A stretch of DNA of 64,000 nucleotides from NCBI RefSeq assembly GCF_013167455.1, contig NZ_CP038330.1, one strand, 5' to 3'. The DNA comes from Escherichia coli O157:H7 (GTDB lineage: Bacteria > Pseudomonadota > Gammaproteobacteria > Enterobacterales > Enterobacteriaceae). Both the position numbers and the translations under genes were made by a program. The first letter of the stretch is position 1, and each line of letters opens with the position of its first letter. A model generated the notes under the pieces. The model saw nothing but the letters and a program-made list of their open reading frames with translations, ran no database searches and was not told the DNA's origin. Positions 18,188 to 28,074 of the stretch are shown here, piece after piece.

Positions 18188-19387
18188 GTGAAACCCAACA
18201 GACCCCTGATCGTAATTCTGAGCACTGTCGCGCTCGACGCTGTCGGCATCGGCCTGATTATGCCGGTGCTGCCGGGCCTCCTGCGCGATCTGGTTCACTC
18301 GAACGACGTCACCGCCCACTATGGCATTCTGCTGGCGCTGTATGCGTTGATGCAATTTGCCTGCGCACCTGTGCTGGGCGCGCTGTCGGATCGTTTCGGG
18401 CGGCGGCCGGTCTTGCTCGTCTCGCTGGCCGGCGCTGCTGTCGACTACGCCATCATGGCGACGGCGCCTTTCCTTTGGGTTCTCTATATCGGGCGGATCG
18501 TGGCCGGCATCACCGGGGCGACTGGGGCGGTAGCCGGCGCTTATATTGCCGATATCACTGATGGCGATGAGCGCGCGCGGCACTTCGGCTTCATGAGCGC
18601 CTGTTTCGGGTTCGGGATGGTCGCGGGACCTGTGCTCGGTGGGCTGATGGGCGGTTTCTCCCCCCACGCTCCGTTCTTCGCCGCGGCAGCCTTGAACGGC
18701 CTCAATTTCCTGACGGGCTGTTTCCTTTTGCCGGAGTCGCACAAAGGCGAACGCCGGCCGTTACGCCGGGAGGCTCTCAACCCGCTCGCTTCGTTCCGGT
18801 GGGCCCGGGGCATGACCGTCGTCGCCGCCCTGATGGCGGTCTTCTTCATCATGCAACTTGTCGGACAGGTGCCGGCCGCGCTTTGGGTCATTTTCGGCGA
18901 GGATCGCTTTCACTGGGACGCGACCACGATCGGCATTTCGCTTGCCGCATTTGGCATTCTGCATTCACTCGCCCAGGCAATGATCACCGGCCCTGTAGCC
19001 GCCCGGCTCGGCGAAAGGCGGGCACTCATGCTCGGAATGATTGCCGACGGCACAGGCTACATCCTGCTTGCCTTCGCGACACGGGGATGGATGGCGTTCC
19101 CGATCATGGTCCTGCTTGCTTCGGGTGGCATCGGAATGCCGGCGCTGCAAGCAATGTTGTCCAGGCAGGTGGATGAGGAACGTCAGGGGCAGCTGCAAGG
19201 CTCACTGGCGGCGCTCACCAGCCTGACCTCGATCGTCGGACCCCTCCTCTTCACGGCGATCTATGCGGCTTCTATAACAACGTGGAACGGGTGGGCATGG
19301 ATTGCAGGCGCTGCCCTCTACTTGCTCTGCCTGCCGGCGCTGCGTCGCGGGCTTTGGAGAAATTCTTCAAATTCCCGTTGCACATAG
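18188..19387 (+). CDS. tet(A): tetracycline efflux MFS transporter TetA(A), last ~9 codons replaced by ISCR2-derived sequence
   Basis: GTG start (VKPNRPLIVILSTVALDAVGIG...); 12-TM MFS; C-terminus ...RRGLWRNSSNSRCT diverges from the remembered native ...GLWSGAGQRADR at ~19355, where the ISCR2 5'-end sequence begins. Confidence 0.9.
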   Translation: MKPNRPLIVILSTVALDAVGIGLIMPVLPGLLRDLVHSNDVTAHYGILLALYALMQFACAPVLGALSDRFGRRPVLLVSLAGAAVDYAIMATAPFLWVLYIGRIVAGITGATGAVAGAYIADITDGDERARHFGFMSACFGFGMVAGPVLGGLMGGFSPHAPFFAAAALNGLNFLTGCFLLPESHKGERRPLRREALNPLASFRWARGMTVVAALMAVFFIMQLVGQVPAALWVIFGEDRFHWDATTIGISLAAFGILHSLAQAMITGPVAARLGERRALMLGMIADGTGYILLAFATRGWMAFPIMVLLASGGIGMPALQAMLSRQVDEERQGQLQGSLAALTSLTSIVGPLLFTAIYAASITTWNGWAWIAGAALYLLCLPALRRGLWRNSSNSRCT

Positions 19388-19660
19388 CCCGGCAATTCCT
19401 TTCCCTGCTCTGCCATAAGCGCAGCGAATGCCGGGTAATACTCGTCAACGATCTGATAGAGAAGGGTTTGCTCGGGTCGGTGGCTCTGGTAACGACCAGT
19501 ATCCCGATCCCGGCTGGCCGTCCTGGCCGCCACATGAGGCATGTTCCGCGTCCTTGCAATACTGTGTTTACATACAGTCTATCGCTTAGCGGAAAGTTCT
19601 TTTACCCTCAGCCGAAATGCCTGCCGTTGCTAGACATTGCCAGCCAGTGCCCGTCACTCC
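19356..19660 (-). mobile_element. truncated ISCR2 copy (terIS-side ~305 bp including the first 62 codons of rcr2)
   Basis: Identical to 23641-23945 of the complete ISCR2; encodes MPHVAARTASRDRD...EFEEFLQ then diverges. Confidence 0.8.
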
Positions 19661-19959
19661 GCGGTCTTCACTGCGTGATCGAGTTGATCGACACCCGCCG
19701 TGACACGCTCCATGAAGTGCCTGCCTGCGTCTGTTAGCCGAACGCCCCGCGCATGGCGCTCAAATAGCAGGACACCAAGGTTATCCTCCAGCGCTTTCAC
19801 ACGCGCGCTGACGCTCGACTGGCTGATACCAAGTGCCTTGGCCGCATGCCGAAAATTCAGATGCTCGGCGACGGCGATGAACTGAACAAGGGAAATGAGC
19901 GGTATCCTGCCAGACAGGATACCGACATTCACGAGGTTTCGATGGTTAGTGCGCCGCAT
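19654..19959 (-). pseudogene. truncated LysR-family regulator (N-terminal HTH fragment)
   Basis: 101-aa fragment with LysR HTH (FIAVAEHLNFRHAAKALGISQSSVSARVKALE); cut by the ISCR2 fragment; typical floR-associated lysR remnant. Confidence 0.7.
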
Positions 19960-19986
19960 CGGAGCGGGCCTGCTACCAGTCGTCGG

Positions 19987-21201
19987 TTAGACGACTGGCG
20001 ACTTCTCGGTGGCAGCCCCACGGAGCCGAAGGAGCACCAGCCCCAACGAAACCAGTACCGCCATCGCCGTGGCGTAACAGATCACGGGCCACGCTGTGTC
20101 ACCGTTTAAAAGTGCCACCGCCAATGTCCCGACAATGCTGACTATCAGGCTTTGAACGCAGAAGTAGAACGCGACCGCTGATCCCGCGATGTCGTCGAAC
20201 TCTGCCAAAGCGCCGTTCGCGGTAACGGACACCGTGAAGACAATACCGACCGCGACAACCCACATCGGTAGGATGAAGGTGAGGAATGACGGCGAGCCGT
20301 AAAGTTCGCCGATCCCCAACAGGACCGCTCCGCAAACAAGCAACGCCATCCCACGCGCCACGCATCCTGCGATGCCCCATCTGGCGACAAAGGACTTCGC
20401 GAAACGGGTTGTCACGATCATTACAAGCGCGACAGTGGCGAAGGCAAAGCTGAATCCGATCTCGGAATATTCCGCTTGGCCTATGAGCACACGGGGAGCC
20501 GTCGAGAAGAAGACGAAGAAGGTGCCCATAACGGCGCTAAAGCCGACAGTGTAAACCCAAAAAGCCGGACTCGCGAAGATCGGCAAGACAGATCGGCGCG
20601 TCTTGACTTGATCCAGAGGGCGGGTTTCGTGCCACCTGAAACCCGCATTTAGGAGTGCGAGCATCGCCAGTATAGCCAAAGTAATGAATATCGCCTGCCA
20701 TCCCAAGAACTCGCCGATCAATGCTCCGGCGATAGGGCCGAGCGCAGGCACGAACGCCAGTATCGAACTGAAAAGGCCGTAGATGACGACACCCTCAGGA
20801 CGGTTGGCATAAACGTCGCGAACCGTCGCGAACGTCGCCACCAGCATGGCCGACGCGCCCACTGCTTGAAGTAGACGGAAAGCGACAAAGGCCGGTGCAG
20901 TTGAAGACCAAGCTGCTCCCAGAGACGCAATGACGAAAGCCGTTGCGCCCGCAAGTAGAATTGGCCGTCGCCCGATTCTGTCTGAGAGCGGACCAAAAAT
21001 CACCTGGCCCACGCCGAGCATCACCATATAGAGGCTCAACGTGAGTTGGATCATAGCGGGCGTCGTGTTCAGGATGCCGGGCATCGCTGGAACGACAGGG
21101 AGATAAATATCCATCGCCAGTGAAGCGAGGATGTCGAAAGGAGCCATCAGCAGCAGTGCTGCCGGCAGCGTATAGGCCCACGCGGGGCGTGTGGTGGTCA
21201 T
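19987..21201 (-). CDS. floR: florfenicol/chloramphenicol efflux MFS transporter FloR
   Basis: 404 aa, MTTTRPAWAYTLPAALLLMAPFDILASLAMDIYLPVVPAMP..., recognised as FloR. Confidence 0.97.
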   Translation of the reverse strand: MTTTRPAWAYTLPAALLLMAPFDILASLAMDIYLPVVPAMPGILNTTPAMIQLTLSLYMVMLGVGQVIFGPLSDRIGRRPILLAGATAFVIASLGAAWSSTAPAFVAFRLLQAVGASAMLVATFATVRDVYANRPEGVVIYGLFSSILAFVPALGPIAGALIGEFLGWQAIFITLAILAMLALLNAGFRWHETRPLDQVKTRRSVLPIFASPAFWVYTVGFSAVMGTFFVFFSTAPRVLIGQAEYSEIGFSFAFATVALVMIVTTRFAKSFVARWGIAGCVARGMALLVCGAVLLGIGELYGSPSFLTFILPMWVVAVGIVFTVSVTANGALAEFDDIAGSAVAFYFCVQSLIVSIVGTLAVALLNGDTAWPVICYATAMAVLVSLGLVLLRLRGAATEKSPVV

Positions 21202-21417
21202 GACGAATCAACCCTCGATTAAGGAATACCGGGCGACGTCTGCTCGTCAGCAATCAGATGAGACTAGCCTTACAGAGCGCCGCAACAACAATACTGGTTG
21301 TTGCGGCTTACTTGTCTGCTGACTTGGAATTTCCCATCTGATTACTCCACGCTTACGAATATGAATTGCTACATTTTATCCGATTATCTTTTGCTTCGCA
21401 ATGCGGCATGGGCGCAC

Positions 21418-22302
21418 TCAGCGTTCCAGCCCCCTCTGCCGCCCTAACTGCCACGACACCGACCCGCCCTGCACGATGCCCATAACCTCGCGGCCGAGTT
21501 GGCGGTCGATGATCGGCCGCCACGGGACAAGGGTGAACTCATGGGATTTCTCGACCACGGCGAACTTGCCGCTCGATAGATGCACGGTTCCGGTAAACTT
21601 GCCGCTGACGCTCTCGCCGTCCGTGGCGGCGCGGAACGGCAGGCCCTTACTCAAAGCCATATCCGATCCGACGCCGGCTACCTCGCGCTCCCGCAGGATG
21701 GCGAGAAGGTTGCGCCGGTAGAAGACGCGGCTGTCCCGGCTGCGGGTGGCGTCGCCCTGTTCGATATGGTGCTCGCGGCGCTGGTCCATGGCTTCGCGGA
21801 CTTGTTGCCCGAAGCCGGTTGGCGCAAGGTCGGCCGTCTCGCCGTGGATCAGCCGCCGGTCCAGCCAGGTCGCGCCGTCCGATCCGATCTGTTTGTTCAG
21901 ATCGACCGGGGAAAGGACGCGAACGCTGGCCTGACTGTCTCGGCCGGCGTCATGGGCGGCGGCACGGCTGACCAGATCATCGGGGATGCGCCATTGGTCG
22001 GCGTCGATCCGCTCGACGATACCGGCCCGGCGTAGCGCCTCCAGCCGGCGCACATGGGCATCGACATAGCCCTCATAGTCGCCGCCTGGAACGCGGCACG
22101 TATAGGAAGAATAAACGCCCTTTTCACCCAAGTCCAACAGCTTTGGACCGCAGTTGACTCTTTCGACACCCCTGCGATGCAACCCAATCCGGCTGACGGG
22201 GAGCCAGCAACGCTGAAAATTTACCCTCCTCTTTCCCACTAGCGGCTCCTTTTCCGACAACCAGCACGGCGGATCCCTGCCGCGGCGCTGTGAACGCAGC
22301 AT
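21418..22302 (-). pseudogene. relaxase/VirD2-like fragment associated with the ISCR2-floR unit
   Basis: 294-aa ORF between floR and ISCR2; matches the usual virD2-remnant context (recollection); no intact relaxase motifs checked. Confidence 0.55.
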
Positions 22303-22309
22303 TTTGATT

Positions 22310-23945
22310 GGTATCGTTGGCCTTCAGGCTCGTCAGTCAAACAGACCCAGGAGCAGCTCAGCCGGTGGCGCCCGGCTTTCGGGTAACGCCCTGGTCCCGC
22401 TGGTTTCGGCTTTGTGCTTCAGGTGATCAAGGATCTGCTTGATCACTATAGGGTCTTCAATGCAGGCGATGACTTTCATGGCGCCGCCGCAGCCGCTGCA
22501 GGTCTCGATGTCGATATTGAAAACACGCTTGAGCCGTTGCGCCCATGTCATCGACGCTCGCCGTTGTGCTGGTGTTGCCGGTTCATCAGCCACCCTGACC
22601 TTGTTGCCCCTGCCCCGTTTTGCCGGCGTGACCAACGCCCGGTGCCGACTGTTGGGTGCGAACACCCCGTGGAAGCGGGTTAGGTTGACTCTGGGCTTCG
22701 GTACCAGGGCGGCCAGCCTTGCAATGAAATCCAATGGTTCGAAAATGACGTGCGTGGTGCCGTCCCGGTACGGCGTCTTGAGCTGGTAGCGCACGTTGCC
22801 GCCTCGTGTTAACGACAGCCGCTTCTCGGATACCGCCGGGCGGCTGATGTACCGGCACAGCCGTTCGAGCTTCTTGCGTTCATCGGCCCTGGCCGCCACG
22901 CCGGCGTGCAGGCTGGACCCGGCTACCTTGCCAATCCCGTCACCGAACGGATCACCACTGGTCGGCAGAGTTTGCAAAGTGAACACCTTTCGCCCCGCCT
23001 GTGAACCGACAGCGATACGGTAAGTGATCGAGTGCCCCAGCAGGGGTGTCATCGGGTCGTCATCCACCGCATCCGAGGCCAGATAGCTGTTTTCGACATC
23101 CCGTTCCAGCAGGCCTTGCCGTTCCAGATAGCGACCCACCCGGTGGGCGATGGTGTGCGTCAGCTGGGTGAGCTCTGGGCTGGTCGGCGCCTTGACCCAG
23201 CGGAAACGCGCTGAGCCGTGGGATTGCTCGACATACACACCGTCGAGAAACAGCATGTGGAAGTGAACATTCAGATTGAGCGCCGATCCAAAACGCTGGA
23301 TCAGGGTGACCGCGCCCGTCTTGGCCACTTGGTGGGTATGGCCCGCTTTCTTGACCAGGTGCGTGGCAATGACGCGGTAAACGATGCCCAGCACCCACCC
23401 CATGATCTCGGGCCGGCTGGCAAACAGGAAACGCAGCTGAAACGGGAAGCTCAACACCCACTGACGCATGGGTTGTTCAGGCAGTACTTCATCAACCAGC
23501 AAGGCGGCACTTTCGGCCATCCGCCGCGCCCCACAGCTCGGGCAGAAACCGCGACGCTTACAGCTGAAAGCGACCAGGTGCTCGGCGTGGCAAGACTCGC
23601 AGCGAACCCGTAGAAAGCCATGCTCCAGCCGCCCGCATTGGAGAAATTCTTCAAATTCCCGTTGCACATAGCCCGGCAATTCCTTTCCCTGCTCTGCCAT
23701 AAGCGCAGCGAATGCCGGGTAATACTCGTCAACGATCTGATAGAGAAGGGTTTGCTCGGGTCGGTGGCTCTGGTAACGACCAGTATCCCGATCCCGGCTG
23801 GCCGTCCTGGCCGCCACATGAGGCATGTTCCGCGTCCTTGCAATACTGTGTTTACATACAGTCTATCGCTTAGCGGAAAGTTCTTTTACCCTCAGCCGAA
23901 ATGCCTGCCGTTGCTAGACATTGCCAGCCAGTGCCCGTCACTCCC
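22310..23945 (-). mobile_element. ISCR2 (IS91-like rolling-circle element), complete copy; oriIS-side boundary approximate
   Basis: Contains intact rcr2; terIS-side end at 23945 defined by the end of identity with the truncated copy at 19660. Confidence 0.85.
22333..23826 (-). CDS. rcr2: ISCR2 rolling-circle transposase (IS91 family)
   Basis: 497 aa; HUH-type motifs (HFHMLFLDGVY), zinc-binding CxxC pairs; recognised sequence. Confidence 0.95.
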   Translation of the reverse strand: MPHVAARTASRDRDTGRYQSHRPEQTLLYQIVDEYYPAFAALMAEQGKELPGYVQREFEEFLQCGRLEHGFLRVRCESCHAEHLVAFSCKRRGFCPSCGARRMAESAALLVDEVLPEQPMRQWVLSFPFQLRFLFASRPEIMGWVLGIVYRVIATHLVKKAGHTHQVAKTGAVTLIQRFGSALNLNVHFHMLFLDGVYVEQSHGSARFRWVKAPTSPELTQLTHTIAHRVGRYLERQGLLERDVENSYLASDAVDDDPMTPLLGHSITYRIAVGSQAGRKVFTLQTLPTSGDPFGDGIGKVAGSSLHAGVAARADERKKLERLCRYISRPAVSEKRLSLTRGGNVRYQLKTPYRDGTTHVIFEPLDFIARLAALVPKPRVNLTRFHGVFAPNSRHRALVTPAKRGRGNKVRVADEPATPAQRRASMTWAQRLKRVFNIDIETCSGCGGAMKVIACIEDPIVIKQILDHLKHKAETSGTRALPESRAPPAELLLGLFD

Positions 23946-24036
23946 ACTCGATTGTAAACAAGCACACAAAACCCTTTAGTGACAACAATTTGCAAGAACT
24001 ATCAGGCTCAGTGCCATGAAAAATACCATGACCAGA

Positions 24037-24261
24037 TCATGAGGTTGAACACGGCTTGCGCCGGCAGCGTTCACGCTCCTGGTCGGCGATCTCGCCCGGC
24101 TGCAATGCTAGCTCAGCATCGGTCATGCGCTCCAGCACGTCGCGTAGGCGGATGGTGCAAGGAATGGGCGGCAGCTCGAACTCATAGCCGCCGGCGATCA
24201 TTTCGGCCGCAATCTCCTCGGTGATGAAAAACGGCTCGTCGTCTTGGTTCGGCTTCTTCAT
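24037..24261 (-). CDS. hypothetical protein (74 aa)
   Basis: ORF overlapping the resolvase stop (ATGA). Confidence 0.3.
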   Translation of the reverse strand: MKKPNQDDEPFFITEEIAAEMIAGGYEFELPPIPCTIRLRDVLERMTDAELALQPGEIADQERERCRRKPCSTS

Positions 24262-24965
24262 GCCCTTTCCTCCTGGCGCTCATCCTGGCCGACAGCGGCC
24301 AGGGCATCGGCTTCCGTCAATGCGTCCTCCACGAACGCGCCGTGCTGCTTCGCTTCGGCCTGGCTGACCTCGGCCCATATCCGTTTCACCTGGGCCGCAC
24401 TGTACCCGGCCAGCTCGGCGGTCTTGTTGATGCTGTAGCCGGACTTGCGCAGCGCGACAACTTGGGCGCGGCGCTTCGGATCAGCACGGCGGCCCTTGTA
24501 CCGCCCGGCCTGGCGGGCCAACTCAATGCCTTGGCGCTGGCGTTCGCGCCTGTCCTCGTAGTCGTCGCGGGCCATCTGCAAGGCCAGGCGAAAAAGCATG
24601 ATCTGCACGGCTTCCAGCACGATCTTGGCGACGCCCTGGGCCTCGGCCGCCAGGTCGGATAGATCGACCACGCCAGGGACGGCCAGGCGTGCGCCTTTGG
24701 CCTGTATCGAGGCCACCAGGCGCTCGGCCTCGGGCAAAGGTAGGCGGCTGATGCGGTCGATCTTCTCGGCAATGACCACCTCGCCGGGCTGTAGGTCGCC
24801 GATCATGCGCAGCAGCTCAGGCCGGTCGGCGCGTGCGCCGGATGCCTTCTCACGGTAGATGCCGGCGACGTAGTAGCCGGCGGCCTTCGCGGCCGTAGTG
24901 ATCGCCTCTTGGCGTTCCAAGTCCTGCGCGTCGGTGCTGACGCGCAGATAGACCCGCGCCACCAT
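24258..24965 (-). CDS. serine recombinase (resolvase family)
   Basis: N-terminal catalytic motif MVARVYLRVSTDAQDLERQ; C-terminal HTH (YSINKTAELAGYSAAQVKRIW); start taken at internal Met. Confidence 0.8.
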   Translation of the reverse strand: MVARVYLRVSTDAQDLERQEAITTAAKAAGYYVAGIYREKASGARADRPELLRMIGDLQPGEVVIAEKIDRISRLPLPEAERLVASIQAKGARLAVPGVVDLSDLAAEAQGVAKIVLEAVQIMLFRLALQMARDDYEDRRERQRQGIELARQAGRYKGRRADPKRRAQVVALRKSGYSINKTAELAGYSAAQVKRIWAEVSQAEAKQHGAFVEDALTEADALAAVGQDERQEERA

Positions 24966-25118
24966 CGGCGCGGCTACTGGCTTCGTCCTGCGCATACTTG
25001 CGGGCTCCTTTGGGCATACGCAAAGTGTCCGGTCATGCTACCCCCGGCCAAAAAGGCCGTCATGCGATTTATCTTGGCCGGGTCGTTATTGGCGGGTCTA
25101 AATGGCCGCTCCGTGGAT

Positions 25119-25345
25119 CTCATCGCCAGAAATGGCGATGCGAGATCCAGGGCAGGGCGGCCGCCATCGTCAGACCTGGCGATGGTCGACGCCGGCGCGC
25201 ATCGTCGGATGTGGCGATGCGAGCTCGAGGTCGGTGGCCACCGCCGGCGACCTGGTGCCATCGTCGGCAATGGCGATGCTGCAGCTCGACGTGCGCGGCC
25301 TGGTCGTCTCGGCATCGTCGGATGCGGCGATGCTCGAGCGAGGCG
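25119..25345. repeat. GC-rich iteron-like direct repeats (~5 copies)
   Basis: Repeated CATCGTC(A/G)G...TGGCGATGC units at ~25119, 25157, 25199, 25257, 25312, between the resolvase gene and IS26. Confidence 0.5.
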
Positions 25346-25574
25346 AAAAAAAACCGCCTCGGGGTGTCCGAGGCGGCAAGTCTGCATGCGGTTCAGGGAG
25401 GAAGAAACCGCGCCGGCGATCAGGGAGGAAAACCGCGCGGCCTGATGTGCAGCTCGGCCACTTTAGCCGGATTTTTCGACTTATCCGATGCGAGCGGCCC
25501 GCCGTGGGCGCTGCTCGATCTGCTGTTGCTTTTTCTCGACGTGCTTCTGCTCCTGGTGCTGCTGCTCGTCGCGC

Positions 25575-26394
25575 GGCACTGTTGCAAAGTTAGCGATGAG
25601 GCAGCCTTTTGTCTTATTCAAAGGCCTTACATTTCAAAAACTCTGCTTACCAGGCGCATTTCGCCCAGGGGATCACCATAATAAAATGCTGAGGCCTGGC
25701 CTTTGCGTAGTGCACGCATCACCTCAATACCTTTGATGGTGGCGTAAGCCGTCTTCATGGATTTAAATCCCAGCGTGGCGCCGATTATCCGTTTCAGTTT
25801 GCCATGATCGCATTCAATCACGTTGTTCCGGTACTTAATCTGTCGGTGTTCAACGTCAGACGGGCACCGGCCTTCGCGTTTGAGCAGAGCAAGCGCGCGA
25901 CCATAGGCGGGCGCTTTATCCGTGTTGATGAATCGCGGGATCTGCCACTTCTTCACGTTGTTGAGGATTTTACCCAGAAACCGGTATGCAGCTTTGCTGT
26001 TACGACGGGAGGAGAGATAAAAATCGACAGTGCGGCCCCGGCTGTCGACGGCCCGGTACAGATACGCCCAGCGGCCATTGACCTTCACGTAGGTTTCATC
26101 CATGTGCCACGGGCAAAGATCGGAAGGGTTACGCCAGTACCAGCGCAGCCGTTTTTCCATTTCAGGCGCATAACGCTGAACCCAGCGGTAAATCGTGGAG
26201 TGATCGACATTCACTCCGCGTTCAGCCAGCATCTCCTGCAGCTCACGGTAACTGATGCCGTATTTGCAGTACCAGCGTACGGCCCACAGAATGATGTCAC
26301 GCTGAAAATGCCGGCCTTTGAATGGGTTCATGTGCAGCTCCATCAGCAAAAGGGGATGATAAGTTTATCACCACCGACTATTTGCAACAGTGCC
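25575..26394 (-). mobile_element. IS26, complete 820-bp copy
   Basis: 14-bp terminal IRs GGCACTGTTGCAAA at 25575-25588 and (reverse complement) 26381-26394; intact tnp26. Confidence 0.95.
25627..26331 (-). CDS. tnp26: IS26 transposase Tnp26 (wild-type Gly184)
   Basis: 234 aa MNPFKGRHFQRDIILWAVRWY...; contains RIIGATLGF. Confidence 0.95.
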   Translation of the reverse strand: MNPFKGRHFQRDIILWAVRWYCKYGISYRELQEMLAERGVNVDHSTIYRWVQRYAPEMEKRLRWYWRNPSDLCPWHMDETYVKVNGRWAYLYRAVDSRGRTVDFYLSSRRNSKAAYRFLGKILNNVKKWQIPRFINTDKAPAYGRALALLKREGRCPSDVEHRQIKYRNNVIECDHGKLKRIIGATLGFKSMKTAYATIKGIEVMRALRKGQASAFYYGDPLGEMRLVSRVFEM

Positions 26395-27098
26395 TACATT
26401 TCAAAAACTCTGCTTACCAGGCGCATTTCGCCCAGGGGATCACCATAATAAAATGCTGAGGCCTGGCCTTTGCGTAGTGCACGCATCACCTCAATACCTT
26501 TGATGGTGGCGTAAGCCGTCTTCATGGATTTAAATCCCAGCGTGGCGTTGATTATCCGTTTCAGTTTGCCATGATCGCATTCAATCACGTTGTTCCGGTA
26601 CTTAATCTGTCGGTGTTCAACGTCAGACGGGCACCGGCCTTCGCGTTTGAGCAGAGCAAGCGCGCGACCATAGGCGGGCGCTTTATCCGTGTTGATGAAT
26701 CGTGGGATCTGCCACTTCTTCACGTTGTTGAGGATTTTACCCAGAAACCGGTATGCAGCTTTGCTGTTACGACGGGAGGAGAGATAAAAATCGACAGTGC
26801 GGCCCCGGCTGTCGACGGCCCGGTACAGATACGCCCAGCGGCCATTGACCTTCACGTAGGTTTCATCCATGTGCCACGGGCAAAGATCGGAAGGGTTACG
26901 CCAGTACCAGCGCAGCCGTTTTTCCATTTCAGGCGCATAACGCTGAACCCAGCGGTAAATCGTGGAGTGATCGACATTCACTCCGCGTTCAGCCAGCATC
27001 TCCTGCAGCTCACGGTAACTGATGCCGTATTTGCAGTACCAGCGTACGGCCCACAGAATGATGTCACGCTGAAAATGCCGGCCTTTGAATGGGTTCAT
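26394..27098 (-). CDS. tnp26: IS26 transposase, G184N variant
   Basis: Same as Tnp26 except RIINATLGF (GGC->AAC); stop codon recreated as TAG at the junction. Confidence 0.9.
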   Translation of the reverse strand: MNPFKGRHFQRDIILWAVRWYCKYGISYRELQEMLAERGVNVDHSTIYRWVQRYAPEMEKRLRWYWRNPSDLCPWHMDETYVKVNGRWAYLYRAVDSRGRTVDFYLSSRRNSKAAYRFLGKILNNVKKWQIPRFINTDKAPAYGRALALLKREGRCPSDVEHRQIKYRNNVIECDHGKLKRIINATLGFKSMKTAYATIKGIEVMRALRKGQASAFYYGDPLGEMRLVSRVFEM

Positions 27099-27161
27099 GT
27101 GCAGCTCCATCAGCAAAAGGGGATGATAAGTTTATCACCACCGACTATTTGCAACAGTGCC
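26395..27161 (-). mobile_element. IS26 truncated tandem copy 2 (767 bp; lacks the 53-bp tnp-distal end including one IR)
   Basis: Begins at the tnp stop codon directly abutting the IRL of copy 1; ends with TTTGCAACAGTGCC. Confidence 0.85.
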
Positions 27162-27865
27162 TACATTTCAAAAACTCTGCTTACCAGGCGCATTTCGCCC
27201 AGGGGATCACCATAATAAAATGCTGAGGCCTGGCCTTTGCGTAGTGCACGCATCACCTCAATACCTTTGATGGTGGCGTAAGCCGTCTTCATGGATTTAA
27301 ATCCCAGCGTGGCGTTGATTATCCGTTTCAGTTTGCCATGATCGCATTCAATCACGTTGTTCCGGTACTTAATCTGTCGGTGTTCAACGTCAGACGGGCA
27401 CCGGCCTTCGCGTTTGAGCAGAGCAAGCGCGCGACCATAGGCGGGCGCTTTATCCGTGTTGATGAATCGTGGGATCTGCCACTTCTTCACGTTGTTGAGG
27501 ATTTTACCCAGAAACCGGTATGCAGCTTTGCTGTTACGACGGGAGGAGAGATAAAAATCGACAGTGCGGCCCCGGCTGTCGACGGCCCGGTACAGATACG
27601 CCCAGCGGCCATTGACCTTCACGTAGGTTTCATCCATGTGCCACGGGCAAAGATCGGAAGGGTTACGCCAGTACCAGCGCAGCCGTTTTTCCATTTCAGG
27701 CGCATAACGCTGAACCCAGCGGTAAATCGTGGAGTGATCGACATTCACTCCGCGTTCAGCCAGCATCTCCTGCAGCTCACGGTAACTGATGCCGTATTTG
27801 CAGTACCAGCGTACGGCCCACAGAATGATGTCACGCTGAAAATGCCGGCCTTTGAATGGGTTCAT
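27161..27865 (-). CDS. tnp26: IS26 transposase, G184N variant
   Basis: Identical to the copy-2 transposase. Confidence 0.9.
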   Translation of the reverse strand: MNPFKGRHFQRDIILWAVRWYCKYGISYRELQEMLAERGVNVDHSTIYRWVQRYAPEMEKRLRWYWRNPSDLCPWHMDETYVKVNGRWAYLYRAVDSRGRTVDFYLSSRRNSKAAYRFLGKILNNVKKWQIPRFINTDKAPAYGRALALLKREGRCPSDVEHRQIKYRNNVIECDHGKLKRIINATLGFKSMKTAYATIKGIEVMRALRKGQASAFYYGDPLGEMRLVSRVFEM

Positions 27866-27928
27866 GTGCAGCTCCATCAGCAAAAGGGGATGATAAGTTT
27901 ATCACCACCGACTATTTGCAACAGTGCC
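27162..27928 (-). mobile_element. IS26 truncated tandem copy 3 (767 bp)
   Basis: Identical unit to copy 2; terminal IR TTTGCAACAGTGCC ends at 27928. Confidence 0.85.
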
Positions 27929-28074
27929 CCCAATGCGCTGTCCAGTCATGGAATTCCCTGCAAAATGTCAGGGAAGACTCTATGACCTTCAACGAGATAT
28001 GTCAATAAATTCAAAATTCAATCCTATCCTGACGCAATTTACACATGGCATCTGACATCAGGTTAGGGTATGCC

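Noticed and set aside
25119-25345. Possible CRISPR array (GC-rich repeats)
   Set aside because: Repeats are degenerate and irregularly spaced, and there are no cas genes or leader; better explained as iterons or resolution subsites.
24909-25681. Plus-strand ORFs of 163-227 aa in the GC-rich region between the resolvase gene and IS26
   Set aside because: Arg/Ala-rich translations typical of spurious frames in GC-rich repeats; they overlap each other and the iteron-like repeats.
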